From the IMG/VR virus record IMGVR_UViG_3300010400_000023, positions 1-59,330 of that record: DNA of 59,330 nucleotides; one strand, 5' to 3'. The translations under genes and the position numbers were made by a program. The notes beneath the pieces were generated by a model. The model had not been told where the DNA came from and did no database searches. It saw only the letters and a list, made by a program, of their open reading frames with translations. Positions 48,040 through 59,312 of this stretch are shown piece by piece (the stretch's first letter is position 1; every line of letters begins with the position of its first letter). Origin of the DNA: a virus. Taxonomy: Duplodnaviria > Caudoviricetes.

Positions 48040-48519
48040 TCACTCGTACTCCTTGTAGTCCTTTATCTTCCGCATCGTGCATTCGATTTGCTGGCTCGAT
48101 CTGCACCATGCGGTTCGCGCCTTGATGCATCGGGATGCCGGAAGAGTGGACCCGTCGGTTGTCATGATCATCTCGAGGAGCTCGACACACTCCTTCCGCG
48201 TCCGACCGCAGAGTGTTTCCGGGTCGCACCACCATCCGCGCGCTCCGTCGGAGAACGCAGAAAGCAACCCTTCGATTCTAAGCAACCGGAAGGTCTGTTG
48301 CTGATCGGCGTCCCACAGGTTTTTGATAACCGGAGACGCTACCAGCTCATCGAACGCCTCTTGCTTGGTCCGGGTCCGGGTCACAGGCGGTTCGTTCTTT
48401 GTTGCGTACCTCTCGAGCGCGCCGACCTTGATCTCGAGCGCCTCGATTCTCTGACGGTCGTCGGCGCTCGTGCACGCCACGACCGCAGCCACCACGCACA
48501 TCATCCTCAGGTTGGGCAT
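48040..48519 (-). CDS. Putative lipoprotein with Cys-rich C-terminus
   Basis: MPNLRMMCVVAAVVAC lipobox-like signal; counter-oriented, lower GC. Confidence 0.6.
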   Translation of the reverse strand: MPNLRMMCVVAAVVACTSADDRQRIEALEIKVGALERYATKNEPPVTRTRTKQEAFDELVASPVIKNLWDADQQQTFRLLRIEGLLSAFSDGARGWWCDPETLCGRTRKECVELLEMIMTTDGSTLPASRCIKARTAWCRSSQQIECTMRKIKDYKEYE

Positions 48520-48641
48520 GCCCTCGAGCGTAACGCAGCCCGAGCACAGAAAACTTCTCACGCGCGCCGATGTAGCGACCGGCCGGTAGGGGCGCAAGTC
48601 CTGGAAATTCGGTCAGCACGCCATCCGGAACGGTGTGGGCC

Positions 48642-51600
48642 ATGACGACCGCCGTCATGATGTTGGTGCTCGGAGCCGTCTGGCTCGTCGCGCTCCGCTG
48701 GGTCGTCTACGAGCTGCCGCTGGGCGAGCGGGCCGCGCGAGTTGGCTGCGCGGTCATCGTCGGCGCGAGCGCGGGGCCACTGCTGCCGCTCGAGTGGATC
48801 GTCGTCGGTAGCGTCTGGGCGGTGGTCGTCGCGAGTCAGGCTGACCGGCGCGGAGATGCACCGATGGCGCGGCAGGTGCGGAGGTGAGCCGCGCTCTCTC
48901 CGTCTCTCAGCGGCGCACTAACGCGGCCTGGCTCCGCGCCGCGCTGAAAGACCTCGCGTTCGAGCACGCACTGCACGATTTCGATACCTCGCGCGTCGTC
49001 CACGCCCTGACTGCGATTGCAGACGGGCGCGAGTGGCGCAGCGCATAACCCCGGCGCTCGGGGGAGCGCCACACAAGGACCCCATGATCATCGGCATCGC
49101 TACATTCGTCCCGCGTCTACTCCTCGCTCTCATCGTCGTCGCTGTGGCCTTCGTGGTGCGCGCTGCACTGGTTACGAGGCGGATGTGAGCCGTCAGCGTC
49201 TTTGGCTGTATGCAGTAATCGCGGCGTTCGTCACAACGCTCATCAACCTCGGGGCCGCCTCGTACCACGTCGCCAAATCACGCGGCGAAAACGAGCGCCT
49301 GCGCGTTGAGCTGCGGCGCTGCGTCGGCGCGCAGGCGGAGCAGACGCCATGACCGCCGACTACGACCCCACCGAGGCCCCACTTGTACCGCAAATCACCA
49401 TCGACGATCGGCCAGGTCTCACGGTGTGCAATACCTGCGGAACCGATAACGGCACCGTCCGCTGTCTGTCACTTCGGTGGTCTGATCCGAGCTTGAGGCC
49501 ACGCCACGGCGGGGGTACAGCAGTCGCGCTTTGCAGGACGTGCCGCTCCGCGGTGCGCGACCTACTGGCCAAGGAGGCACCATGACCGCCGACTACGACC
49601 CCACCGAGGCGCATCGGTTGATTGCAGAGGCGCGCGAGGACGATGCGAGGATGACACCGGCCCCTTGGTCCTGCGACGAGGAAATCGCCGTGGTGTACGG
49701 AAACGCCGATGACCACGACGGCGTAGAGGTCGCCTGCCTCGGCGAGGAAGCGAACAACTACGACGGCGACGGGCTTGGCATCGCCCGTTTCCGCAACAAC
49801 CTGCCAGCCTTCGCCGACCAACTCGAGGCGGCGGGGAGGGAGGTGGAGCGTATTCCAGACCTGCAAGCGGCGATCGGGTACGAGATCGAGAAGCGCGACG
49901 CGTTCGAGCGCCAACGCGACTCCCTGCGCTCGCAAATCCAGAGCGAGATCCATGCTCATGCAGCTAGTTGCGCTAGGGAGCTTGCTGCGATTCGAGAGCG
50001 CGACGCTCTACGCAAGGAGGTGGAGCGGCTGAACGCCGACTATGCGACCAGAGGCGAGCACGTGCTCGAGGTCGAAGATGCGGCGACATCAGCGGAACGC
50101 GAGCGCGACTCCCTGCGTGCTGCCCTCGTCAAGGCCAAGGACGAGCATACCGGCGACGGCTTGGCGTGGTTCGAGCGGGAACACGCGTTGACCATGGAGC
50201 GCGACTCCCTGCGCGCCGAGGTGGAGCGGCTTGAAGCGCTCCGAGACACATGGAGCGAGGGGGCGGTTGCCGTTGCTGCCGAGCGTGACTCCCTGTGTCG
50301 GCAACTCGAGGCGGAGGGGAGTATTCGCGAGTCGCATATCGAGACTGCGACTCGAACCATCTCAGGACTGACCGCCGACCTGACAGCAGCCCAGCAAGCC
50401 GTGGTGCAGGGAGCGGAGTCACTAGCTGCAGCGCAGCGAGAGATCGCTGGCCTCCACGCCCTTCTGAAATCCAACGCTGAGGTCTACGAGGCCACCAAGC
50501 GCGATCACGCCTCCGGTCGAATGCTGCTCAAGGCAACGACGCAGGAGTTGGTTGCCATGCAGCGGAGGATTGCGGAGTTGGAGTTGGATGTCGCAGCGCA
50601 GCGTGACAGCAAGCAATTCTGGACGCAGGATTCCGCTCTGGCGCACGCCGCCCTCCGCGCCATCTTGCCGGTGTACCGGGCGGGGCATGATTGGGTGTAC
50701 AGAGGGCAGGGATTCAGGTCGGCATTGGTCGCTTCGATTCACACTGCCCGCGCCGCCATCACCCCGGAGATCGCCGCCGTGCTGGCGGGACTGGAGCGTG
50801 GCGAGTGACCCCCATTAGCCGAACCGTCTCCTGGACCGTCACCGCCACCGTGATGTGCGGCGACGCCGAATGCTCGTGGTGTGGCACACGCACGCCGCCA
50901 CCGCCGAATGACGTCGTCATCGCATGGGTGCGCAAGCATCCGACCGTGCACTGGCTCTGGCCGAATGCCGACGCTCGCGACGGCTGGCAACCGGAAGGAT
51001 GGGACCACAACCGCGGCGAGTGGCTGTGTCCACCGTGCGCCGACGCTGAGAACGAAGCAACGAAGGCCGCGCATGCGAAGCGACGCGCGGAGGTGAAGCC
51101 ATGACCCGCCGCCTCCAACCCGCCTTCCTCTCTGTAGCGATGGTCCTCTTCGCCGTCGAGGACATCACGCTCGGTCATCCCATCCGAGCCGCCATCTGCG
51201 GCGTGTTCGCGTTGCTCAACATCGCCGCGGCGCTGTGGCCCGTGGACGAGGATTACTGACATGACCGCCACCATCCTCACCCGCAACCGCGGCGCTTGCC
51301 TGCGCTGCAACTACGACAACTGCCCGCACGGCGTCACCACCGCGCAGATCCAGGCCAAGCTGATCCGCGGCTACGCCGCCTCGGTCGGCTGGATCCGCGG
51401 CCTCGACCCGGGCAGCGGCTCGCCTGACACGGGGGGGCGACCGGCGAATCGCCGCTGGGACATCTGCCCGGAGCACGCCATCATCGAGCGCGAACGAGCG
51501 AAGGCCCGGAAGCTCGCGGCCGACGAGCGCCGCAAGGAGCGGGCGAAGCCGCCGACGCCGGAGGTCATGGCCGAGCGCGCGCTGCGGCGCCGAACGAAGG

Positions 51601-53359
51601 CCAACGCAGCGGCGAAGGCGCGACGGGCGAGGCGGGCGGCTGCGGCTGAGCAGGTGTCCACATGACCCGCTCGCTGCCTGCCTGGGCGCGAGAGGTTGCG
51701 AAGCGGCTGGCCGCCGAGCCGCCGCCGCTGACACCGCACGAACTCCGAGCCGAAGCCGCCGCGCTCCGGGCCGACATGCTCAAGCACGTAACCCGGCGAC
51801 CCCGCAGCGCGGCACGGCTGTTCGACCTCGTTCGCCAGGAGTGGGGCGAGCTCGGCGAGCGCCGGCTCTGGCGCACCCTGCAGTGGCTGATGGCTCGCGG
51901 AGACATCACGCGCGTCAGCAAGACCGACGGCTACATCCGCGGCCAGGTGTCCGCGTGAGTCGGCGGCGGCGAGGGCGGGTACAACGGGCGGTTAACTGGG
52001 CAGCCGCAGCGCCGCCGGTGAGCGAGGACGCGCAGCGGATGGTCGACGACATCATGGCCGAGAGCGTGCCGCTGTCCGATGAGCAACGCGAACGCATCCG
52101 CCAGTTTCGCGAAGCCTACCAACGAGTCAGGGCCGAACGCGAACGATGGGCCGCGGTCTGGGCCGAGCCAGAGGCGGGCGGTGAGGGGTGAGCGGCTGCG
52201 ACAAGACCACGTACTACAGTCCAGATGATGCCGCTCGGGCCGCTCGGAGTGCATTCGCCGCGCTCGGACAAGCGATGCACACCTACCGATGCCCAATGTG
52301 CAGACGCTGGCACATTGCCCAGGGAACCTCGTCGCGCAAATGGACGCAGCGACGCAGTCGCACAATGCGGAGGGACTCATGAGGGCCACAGCCATCCGCG
52401 TGCATCCCGAGTTCGCCGAAGTGACTCTCGAGCCGTGCTGGCTGGCACGCTGGTTCGGCGCGCTGACGCTCGTGGTCGAGCTCCAGTGGCGCAAGGACAG
52501 CCTTGGCAACTGGCACTGGTACGCCACTGGGTCTCGCCGCAAGCTGGACGATCTGCCGCATGCGGCTCTCATCCGTAATGCGCTGGACTTCCAGCCGCGA
52601 GCGGTGCTACCCGATGCACGGCTGCGAGGTGTGTCATGACCGACCGCCGCCGCCGCTACTACCGCGCCATACGGGCCGGCGCACATGCGCTCAACATGGA
52701 GCGATGGACGAAGCTCGTCGACGATGCGGAGACCGCTGTCTCGGCCGCTCACCGGGACCACGTCTTCGATCCGGCGGTGGACTACGCCAAGCGAGAGTGG
52801 CGACACGCCACGTTCCAGCCGACCGACTTCGTCATCTCCGCGCAGACCATCCTCGACATCGAGGCCGCCCTCGCGATCGGCGCTGAGCTGGTCGCGGAGG
52901 CCGAGTCGCTCGCCAAGGATGACCTCGACTCTGCTCGGCGGGCGCGGTTGGTGCTGGCCATCGAGCGAGCGATTGAGAACGTGGGTCGGCGGTTGCGGGG
53001 TGCCAGTACATGACCACCCCCTGCGCCTCATGCGGCGTGCCCACGCCGGTCCTCGTTGTCATCGTCGGCCGCGGCGGCGAGTCGGCGCTGTGCGTCCGCT
53101 GCTACCGGACCCCACCGGCCGCAATCCTGCCAACAAGGCAGGTCAAGAAACCAGCCGCGCCCACGAGCAAGCAGCTCACGACCGCCGGGGTGAAGCGGTG
53201 AGCCTCACGTGTCTCCATTGCGGCGCTCGACTCTCGCGCCCCGATCTCGACGACGAGTACGTCACGTGTCGTCGCTGTGCGGCTGTCAACTATCTGTCCG
53301 TGTCGCCGATCGACGGCCCGTTCATCTGGAACGTCATCGGCTGGGGTGCGCCAAAATGA
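48642..53359 (+). other. Cluster of rightward early hypothetical genes, many Cys/Zn-finger-like
   Basis: Coupled ORFs, e.g. 49349-49585, 51261-51665, 51662-51958, 52636-53013, 53010-53201. Confidence 0.6.
49582..50808 (+). CDS. Ead/Ea22-like long coiled-coil protein
   Basis: AAGGAGG RBS; MTPAPW, IARFRNNLP, repeated ERDSLR units. Confidence 0.7.
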   Translation: MTADYDPTEAHRLIAEAREDDARMTPAPWSCDEEIAVVYGNADDHDGVEVACLGEEANNYDGDGLGIARFRNNLPAFADQLEAAGREVERIPDLQAAIGYEIEKRDAFERQRDSLRSQIQSEIHAHAASCARELAAIRERDALRKEVERLNADYATRGEHVLEVEDAATSAERERDSLRAALVKAKDEHTGDGLAWFEREHALTMERDSLRAEVERLEALRDTWSEGAVAVAAERDSLCRQLEAEGSIRESHIETATRTISGLTADLTAAQQAVVQGAESLAAAQREIAGLHALLKSNAEVYEATKRDHASGRMLLKATTQELVAMQRRIAELELDVAAQRDSKQFWTQDSALAHAALRAILPVYRAGHDWVYRGQGFRSALVASIHTARAAITPEIAAVLAGLERGE

Positions 53360-54693
53360 TCCTCCGCCCCTATCAGCTCCAGGCGATCGACGCCCTACGC
53401 GCCGCTTATCAGCGCGGCAAACGCGCTCCGCTGCTCGTCGCTCCGACGGGCTCAGGCAAGACCATCATCGCCTCGTCGATCATCCAGTCGGCACACGCGC
53501 GCGGTAACCGCTCGCTGTTCGTCGCTCCGCGCCGCGAGCTCATCGGGCAGACCGTGCGCAAGCTGGCCGACGCTGGGATCTGGGACGTCCGCGTCATCCA
53601 GGCCGCGAACGACACCGGCCGGCCGGATGCGCCGGTGATCGTCGGCAGCATCCAGACGCTCACGCTGCCGCGATGGCTCGGTCACCTGCCGCAAGCCGAC
53701 CTTGTGATTGCCGATGAGGCACACCACATGGCCGCGGACCAATGGGGCCAGCTGGCCACGGCGTACCCGACGGCGCGATGGCTCGGCTTGACAGCCACGC
53801 CAGAGCGAGCCGACGGCAGGCCGCTCGGCGACATCTTCGACGACCTGATCGTGGCCGCATCCGTCGCCGAGCTCACCGCTCTCGGCAACCTGGTTCCGAG
53901 TCGCGTATACGCCCCACCGTCCGAACTCAAGGCCGCGCAGACCGCGCTCGATCCGGTCGACGCCTACCAGCAACACGGCTCGGGCCAGCTGGCCGTCGTG
54001 TTCTGCGTCACCGTCGAGCACGCCGAGCTAACCGTAGCGGAGTTCACCGCCGCTGGCATCCCTGCCGCGGTGATCACCGGCAAGACGCCACCAGCGCAGC
54101 GCGAGGCCACGCTCGCGGCATGGGCGGCCGGCGACATCCGTGTGGTCGCCAACTGCGGCGTCCTTACCGAGGGGTTCGACCTGCCAGCGCTCAGCGTCTG
54201 TATCCTCGCGCGCCGATTCGGTCACGCCGGGCTGTTTCTGCAGTGCGTCGGCCGCGTGCTACGCCCCGCCGAGGGCAAGACCCAGGCGACCGTGGTCGAC
54301 CTGTGCGGCTCGGTACACAAGCACGGGCCACCGGAGATGCCGCGCGAGTACAGCCTCGACGGCAAGGCGATCTCCGGCGTCAAGCGCGATGCGATCCGCC
54401 AGTGCATGAGCTGCGGCTCGGTGTTCATGGCCGGACCCGCAGCCTGTCCGCAGTGCGGCGCCATGCTGCCCCGGCGCGCCGCCGAGTTGCCGTACAGCAC
54501 CGGTGTCGGTGTCGTCGACATCGCCACGCTGCCCAAGGTGCCGACGCGCAGCTACACGCTCTCGATTACTGCCAAGTACGCCGGCAGATGCCGAGCGTGT
54601 GGTGAGCGATTCCCCGTTGGCACGCAGCTCTACTGGACCGAGGGGCAGCGACCACGACACGTCGAATGTCCATCAGCGGAGGCAGTCGCATGA
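53356..54693 (+). CDS. Superfamily II (DEAH) helicase with C-terminal Zn ribbons
   Basis: LRPYQ, APTGSGKT, DEAHH, GLTATP, LTEGFD, Q.VGR.LR. Confidence 0.93.
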   Translation: MILRPYQLQAIDALRAAYQRGKRAPLLVAPTGSGKTIIASSIIQSAHARGNRSLFVAPRRELIGQTVRKLADAGIWDVRVIQAANDTGRPDAPVIVGSIQTLTLPRWLGHLPQADLVIADEAHHMAADQWGQLATAYPTARWLGLTATPERADGRPLGDIFDDLIVAASVAELTALGNLVPSRVYAPPSELKAAQTALDPVDAYQQHGSGQLAVVFCVTVEHAELTVAEFTAAGIPAAVITGKTPPAQREATLAAWAAGDIRVVANCGVLTEGFDLPALSVCILARRFGHAGLFLQCVGRVLRPAEGKTQATVVDLCGSVHKHGPPEMPREYSLDGKAISGVKRDAIRQCMSCGSVFMAGPAACPQCGAMLPRRAAELPYSTGVGVVDIATLPKVPTRSYTLSITAKYAGRCRACGERFPVGTQLYWTEGQRPRHVECPSAEAVA

Positions 54694-55046
54694 GCAGTCG
54701 CGTGAGCATGACCGAGTCTCAACTACAGGATGCAATCCGTCTGGCGCTCGGCGCCGATCCGGGTGTCCTGACCTTCCGGAACAATATCGGCCACGCCGTC
54801 ATGCAGGGCGGACGGCGCGTGACGTTCGGGGTCGGCGGACCCGGCGGCGCTGACCTGATCGGGATCCTCGATCGACACCCCTTGGCCATCGAGATCAAGA
54901 CGCCCACTGGTCGGCAATCCAAAGAGCAGAAACAGTTTCAGCAGCTATGGGAGGCACGAGGGGGAATCTACATCATGCCGCGATCGGTCGACGAGGCGCT
55001 CGCACTCATCGCTCGAATCCGCGCTGCTACCGGAGCGTGTCAGTGA
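54690..55046 (+). CDS. VRR-NUC domain nuclease
   Basis: TESQLQ, G.ADL, IEIKTPTGRQS.EQ..F. Confidence 0.85.
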   Translation: MSSRVSMTESQLQDAIRLALGADPGVLTFRNNIGHAVMQGGRRVTFGVGGPGGADLIGILDRHPLAIEIKTPTGRQSKEQKQFQQLWEARGGIYIMPRSVDEALALIARIRAATGACQ

Positions 55047-57118
55047 TGGTTACCATATCTCACTTCAACGGACTGACTCGTACCACCGCCGAGCCGTTGG
55101 AGATCGATATCGAACGCTGGCTTGACCTGCTCGCCACCGAGCCCGCTGACCAGTACACCGGCCAGATGGAACACCCCGGATGGTCTCCGGTGCTCTACGA
55201 CCCGCCGCGGCGCGAGCTGGCCAATGTCCGGCGCGTGTTCGCCCTCGTCCTTGATCACGACAAGGGCGCCGAGTTCGACCGCCTGACGGAGCTGTGGGCC
55301 GGCTCGTCCGGCGTGGTCTACACGACCAAGTCCCACGCCGACGGCGCGCCGCGATACCGGGTCGTGCTCGCGCTCGCTCGGCCGGTCACGGCCGAGGAGT
55401 ACGCCAAGATCTGGGACTGGGGTGCGGTGCGCTCTCACGCCGCGCAGTGCCCCGCCGACAAGCAGTGCAAGGACGCCTCGCGGTTCTGGTACAGCCCGAC
55501 GCTGCCGCCCGGCGGGTGGCGCGCGCAGCGGCTGACCGGCGCGGCCGTCGACCCCGATGCGATCCTGGCGCTGGCCGCAGCGCAGCAGCCACGGCTCCGT
55601 GTCGTCGCGCCGGCGTCGACTCCGCTCACGCCGGATCGCGTGCGGCGTGCCCGCGCGTACCTGCGCAAGATACCCGGCGCGGTGGCCGGCGCCTCGGGCC
55701 ACACGGCTACGTTCAACGCGGTTGCGCACGTCATGATCGGCTTCGACCTCGGCGAGGACGACACGCTCGCGCTCATCGCCGACGACTACAATCCGCGCTG
55801 CGACCCACCGTGGTCTGAGCGCGAGCTCAGGCACAAGATCGCCAGCGTCTCGGCGCAGTGCAAGCGCGAGCGCGGCTACCTGCTGGCCGATCGTCCACGC
55901 ATCGAGTCGTCGCGTGCAGCGGCCACGTACGCCCCCGAGGCGCCGACCGAGCTCGATGTCGACTGGACGACGCTCCTGCTCACCAAGGCGGACCGCTCAC
56001 CGCGTCGCGCGTATCACAACACCGCGGTGTTCGTGCGGCACCACCCGGAGTTCAGAGGGCGCTGGAGCCTCGACCTGATGACGAACCAGCCGTGGTTCGA
56101 CGGCCGCTCGATGGATCCGTCGCATGTCCACTACATCCGCGCGCAGGCGGACTGCCGTCTCGGCTATACGCCGCCGGCGGCCGATGTCGAGGCGGCGATC
56201 ATCACAGCCGCGGCGGATCGCCCGTTTCACCCGATCCGCCAGTACCTCCGCTCCCTGGACTGGGACGGATCGCCCCGGCTGCAGGCGATGGCGCACGACT
56301 ACCTGGGCTCCGACGGCGAGCTGCACGCGGAGATGGTGCGCAAGTTCATGGTCGGCGCCGCCGCACGCGCCCTCTGGCCCGGCTGTAAACTCGACACGGC
56401 GCTGATGCTGGTCGGCGATCAGGGGCTCGGCAAGTCGACGTTCTTCTCGGTACTCGGCGGAGCCTGGCACGCTGACACGTTCATCGACATCACGAACAAG
56501 GACGCGGCGATCCAACTGCACAGCGCGTGGATCTACGAGCTGTCCGAGCTCGAGAACGTGGTCACCGGCAGCCGCGAGTCCAGGCTCAAAGCCTGGCTCA
56601 CCAGTACCCACGACCTGTACCGCCCGCCATACGGGCGCACTGCCGAGCGCCGAGCGCGAGCGGTCAGCATCTGCGGTACGACGAACCGACGGCAGTTTCT
56701 CACGGACGATACGGGCTCGAGGCGGTTCCACATCGTTCCGGTGGAGCGCCGGGTGCCTCGTGACCTGCTGGCCGAGATGCGAGATCAGCTCTGGGCGGAG
56801 GCCGTGTGTGCCGCGGAATCTGGTGAGCCATGGTGGTTTGACGAGGAGCCGGAACGGCTGAGGGAACTGGCAAACGAGGAGTTTCACGAGGATGACGCTT
56901 GGCTTGATCCAATCGCTGAGCACCTCGCCTCTCCGGGCATCAGGCAGGTCACGATGAGCGACGTGCTCACGGCTGCGCTCAAGCTGGACGTGAGCAAGCA
57001 CGATCGCGCGTCGCAGACCCGCGTCGGACGAATCCTCAAGTTCATTGGGTGGCGAAAGGAACGCGAGAGCACCGGGTCTCGGCGGTGGTTCTACCGTCGT
57101 CAAGGCAGGGAATCCTGA
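55046..57118 (+). CDS. Primase-polymerase (AEP-like) + PriCT + VapE-type helicase
   Basis: LVLDHD, YTTKSH..PRYRVVL, CDPPWSEREL, G.QG.GKST, ELSEL, GTTN..FL.D.TG.RRF. Confidence 0.9.
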   Translation: MVTISHFNGLTRTTAEPLEIDIERWLDLLATEPADQYTGQMEHPGWSPVLYDPPRRELANVRRVFALVLDHDKGAEFDRLTELWAGSSGVVYTTKSHADGAPRYRVVLALARPVTAEEYAKIWDWGAVRSHAAQCPADKQCKDASRFWYSPTLPPGGWRAQRLTGAAVDPDAILALAAAQQPRLRVVAPASTPLTPDRVRRARAYLRKIPGAVAGASGHTATFNAVAHVMIGFDLGEDDTLALIADDYNPRCDPPWSERELRHKIASVSAQCKRERGYLLADRPRIESSRAAATYAPEAPTELDVDWTTLLLTKADRSPRRAYHNTAVFVRHHPEFRGRWSLDLMTNQPWFDGRSMDPSHVHYIRAQADCRLGYTPPAADVEAAIITAAADRPFHPIRQYLRSLDWDGSPRLQAMAHDYLGSDGELHAEMVRKFMVGAAARALWPGCKLDTALMLVGDQGLGKSTFFSVLGGAWHADTFIDITNKDAAIQLHSAWIYELSELENVVTGSRESRLKAWLTSTHDLYRPPYGRTAERRARAVSICGTTNRRQFLTDDTGSRRFHIVPVERRVPRDLLAEMRDQLWAEAVCAAESGEPWWFDEEPERLRELANEEFHEDDAWLDPIAEHLASPGIRQVTMSDVLTAALKLDVSKHDRASQTRVGRILKFIGWRKERESTGSRRWFYRRQGRES

Positions 57119-57164
57119 TGCAATCAGCATGCGAGAAATCTGGTTCATCAAAGTGTCTCACTGC

Positions 57165-57420
57165 GAGGTCGGACACTTGGCCTACTGTCCTACCTAGGTT
57201 GGACGCACCTAAGTACCCGATTATCACTCGGCAATACTCTGTCTGTCCTACTGTCTTACTACTGAGAGTCTATTCTATTAGATATTATAAATATCTAAGG
57301 GAGAGTGGCGGCCCCCCAAAATCAGACAGACAGTCGGACAATCTCCAAATTGGTCAGTAATACGCTGGTTTTAGGTCGTGTCCGACACCACAAAGACAGG
57401 TTGGACTGAGTAGGCCGAGT
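57165..57420. promoter_or_regulatory. Putative replication origin
   Basis: AT-rich island with 9-bp inverted repeat 57278-57298 and short GTCC.AC / CCTACTGTC repeats right after primase. Confidence 0.55.
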
Positions 57421-57468
57421 ATGACGGTGACCGGGCAGAACTGCATTCAATCTGCACCTACATAGGAG

Positions 57469-57807
57469 TTGCACATGCGACAAGATTACACTGACCCTGT
57501 GCCCGCTTCTGGCGAGCGCCAGGACTCAGCCGCGCAGTCATCGGACCCGCTCGCGCCACGCTCACCAGCAGCAAGCCAGACACGAAATCGCCGCGGCCAG
57601 CAGCTATCACCAGGAGCCGTTCGGCGGGCCTCGCCAGCCGACTGGGTCGTGGTGTCGGTGAGTGTCGCACCCGCTGACTTGGCTCAGTGGGATGCCAAGG
57701 TCGCCGCGTGCCGCGCGGCTGGCGTGTCGATGTCCCGCAGCCGCCTGATCGCTATCGCCCTGGCCGCTCTCGACCTCGAGGCGGTCATCCTCGGCGGTGG
57801 GCGATGA
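57469..57807 (+). CDS. RHH-like regulator
   Basis: VSVSV...DL..WD..V.......MSRSRLI..AL. Confidence 0.55.
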   Translation: MHMRQDYTDPVPASGERQDSAAQSSDPLAPRSPAASQTRNRRGQQLSPGAVRRASPADWVVVSVSVAPADLAQWDAKVAACRAAGVSMSRSRLIAIALAALDLEAVILGGGR

Positions 57808-58310
57808 GGCGACCGCACGTTACGCGCGCTGACCTCAAGCCGCGATCGCTGGTGAGCACGCGCGCAGACGAGACGACTCGAGCCGATCTCTACGCGCTGC
57901 GGGCTGAGACGGCCGCGCTCGTCACGCCTCGGGTCGCCAAGCAGATGGCGAACCGCCCTCGCTTGCGCGCTGACTGCGTCCCGTGCGTGGTCTGTCAGTG
58001 GTACGTCGACCAGGGCGAGCCGCTGGTGGCCGCGCTGCCGCTGTCGTGCGGTCATGCACGGCCAGCGCATCACGCAAGACCGTGTCCGGTCGCGCGGTGT
58101 CGACACAGCCTGCTCGTCGAGATCAACCCCGAGACCGGCTCGGTGAAGATCCTGCCCGAGGCGTCCGAGTCGTGCTCGCTCGACGTGGCCGACCGAGGTG
58201 AGCAGACGCTCGAGGATATCGGGTTGCTCACCAACCTGACCCGAGAGCGCATCCGGCAGATCGAGCAGTACGGGCTGCGTCTGCTCAAGCAGCGGATGCC
58301 GAGGTGGTGA
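57804..58310 (+). CDS. Sigma-70 region 4 domain protein (late regulator candidate)
   Basis: RPCP...CRH.L, CSLDVA, TLEDIG...NLTRERIRQIE..GL..L. Confidence 0.85.
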   Translation: MRRPHVTRADLKPRSLVSTRADETTRADLYALRAETAALVTPRVAKQMANRPRLRADCVPCVVCQWYVDQGEPLVAALPLSCGHARPAHHARPCPVARCRHSLLVEINPETGSVKILPEASESCSLDVADRGEQTLEDIGLLTNLTRERIRQIEQYGLRLLKQRMPRW

Positions 58311-58567
58311 GCTATGCTCGTGGCGTGCAAATTGTTCTATACCGCCTGACCGATCGCCATGTCCTCGCCGAGCTCCTCGCCATCAACGGTGAGCGCGCCG
58401 ATCTCCGCACGTATGTCATCTACCCGGACGGACATCTCGACACGCTCGAGATCAGCGGTGCGACGCAGGGACCCGGGATTAATCAGTGGCAGAATCCGCT
58501 CGACGTCACCAATCCGGTGCTTCTGGTCGAGGAGCCGCATCTGCCGATCCCGATGCCGGCGCAGTGA
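58307..58567 (+). CDS. Hypothetical protein
   Basis: GTGA-coupled ORF. Confidence 0.5.
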   Translation: MSYARGVQIVLYRLTDRHVLAELLAINGERADLRTYVIYPDGHLDTLEISGATQGPGINQWQNPLDVTNPVLLVEEPHLPIPMPAQ

Positions 58568-58917
58568 GCGTCCGCGACCCAGTCTTCGGCTGCGACCTCT
58601 CGACCTCGCGGCTCGACGCCCACGGCTACGCGTACCATGGCCACACGCGAGCGCACATCGCTGCGTGGACCGCGGAGAATGGCGCCGTGTCCGACGGCAA
58701 GGTGTTGGATCACATCTGCCGTCGGCGCAACTGCATGGCGACGATTCACCTCGAGCCGGTGACGCAGTCAGAGAACGAGAAGCGCAAGCGCATGGCGTAC
58801 CGCGCGCGCATCAAGCTCTGTCCTCGCGGTCACAGTCTCGACGGTCAGAATCGAGCGGTAACGCCGGAGGGTGGCGTCACCTGCAGGGTCTGCAATCAGG
58901 CGTTCGGCGAGCAGTAA
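58564..58917 (+). CDS. HNH endonuclease
   Basis: RAH, LDHICRRRNC...HLEPVT..EN; CPRGH...C..C. Confidence 0.85.
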   Translation: MSVRDPVFGCDLSTSRLDAHGYAYHGHTRAHIAAWTAENGAVSDGKVLDHICRRRNCMATIHLEPVTQSENEKRKRMAYRARIKLCPRGHSLDGQNRAVTPEGGVTCRVCNQAFGEQ

Positions 58918-59222
58918 CACAGACCAGACGGAGCGATCTTCGCGTGACCGGCCGCGCACGGCGGATACTGATGCGCGCACGCTGGTCGACAGATGCTGTT
59001 GACACAGACGCCGAGTTCGCCGCGGCAGTGGCTGACCACTTCGGGATTCGGCGACTCGGGCACGCAGACCTCGCCGAAGAAATCAAACGGACCCGATGAG
59101 TCTGGCGGTGGCGGCGGAGATGGCGTTGCCATCGCATCGTCCGGCTCCCGGACATCGCTTGGGATCGTCGTCATTGGATCCGTACAACCGATCATCGCCA
59201 ACACCAGTATCCAAATGCGCAT
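58896..59222 (-). CDS. Cys-rich putative lipoprotein
   Basis: MRIWILVLAMIGC signal/lipobox, Pro linker, 8-Cys domain. Confidence 0.65.
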   Translation of the reverse strand: MRIWILVLAMIGCTDPMTTIPSDVREPDDAMATPSPPPPPDSSGPFDFFGEVCVPESPNPEVVSHCRGELGVCVNSICRPACAHQYPPCAAGHAKIAPSGLCYCSPNA

Positions 59223-59312
59223 TACCGGCACGATAAACACCCTTGAAGATTGTGTCCAGTGCGTCTAAATGCTGCATGATTTCGGCTAGATGGGGAGGGT
59301 ATGACCCGCGAC

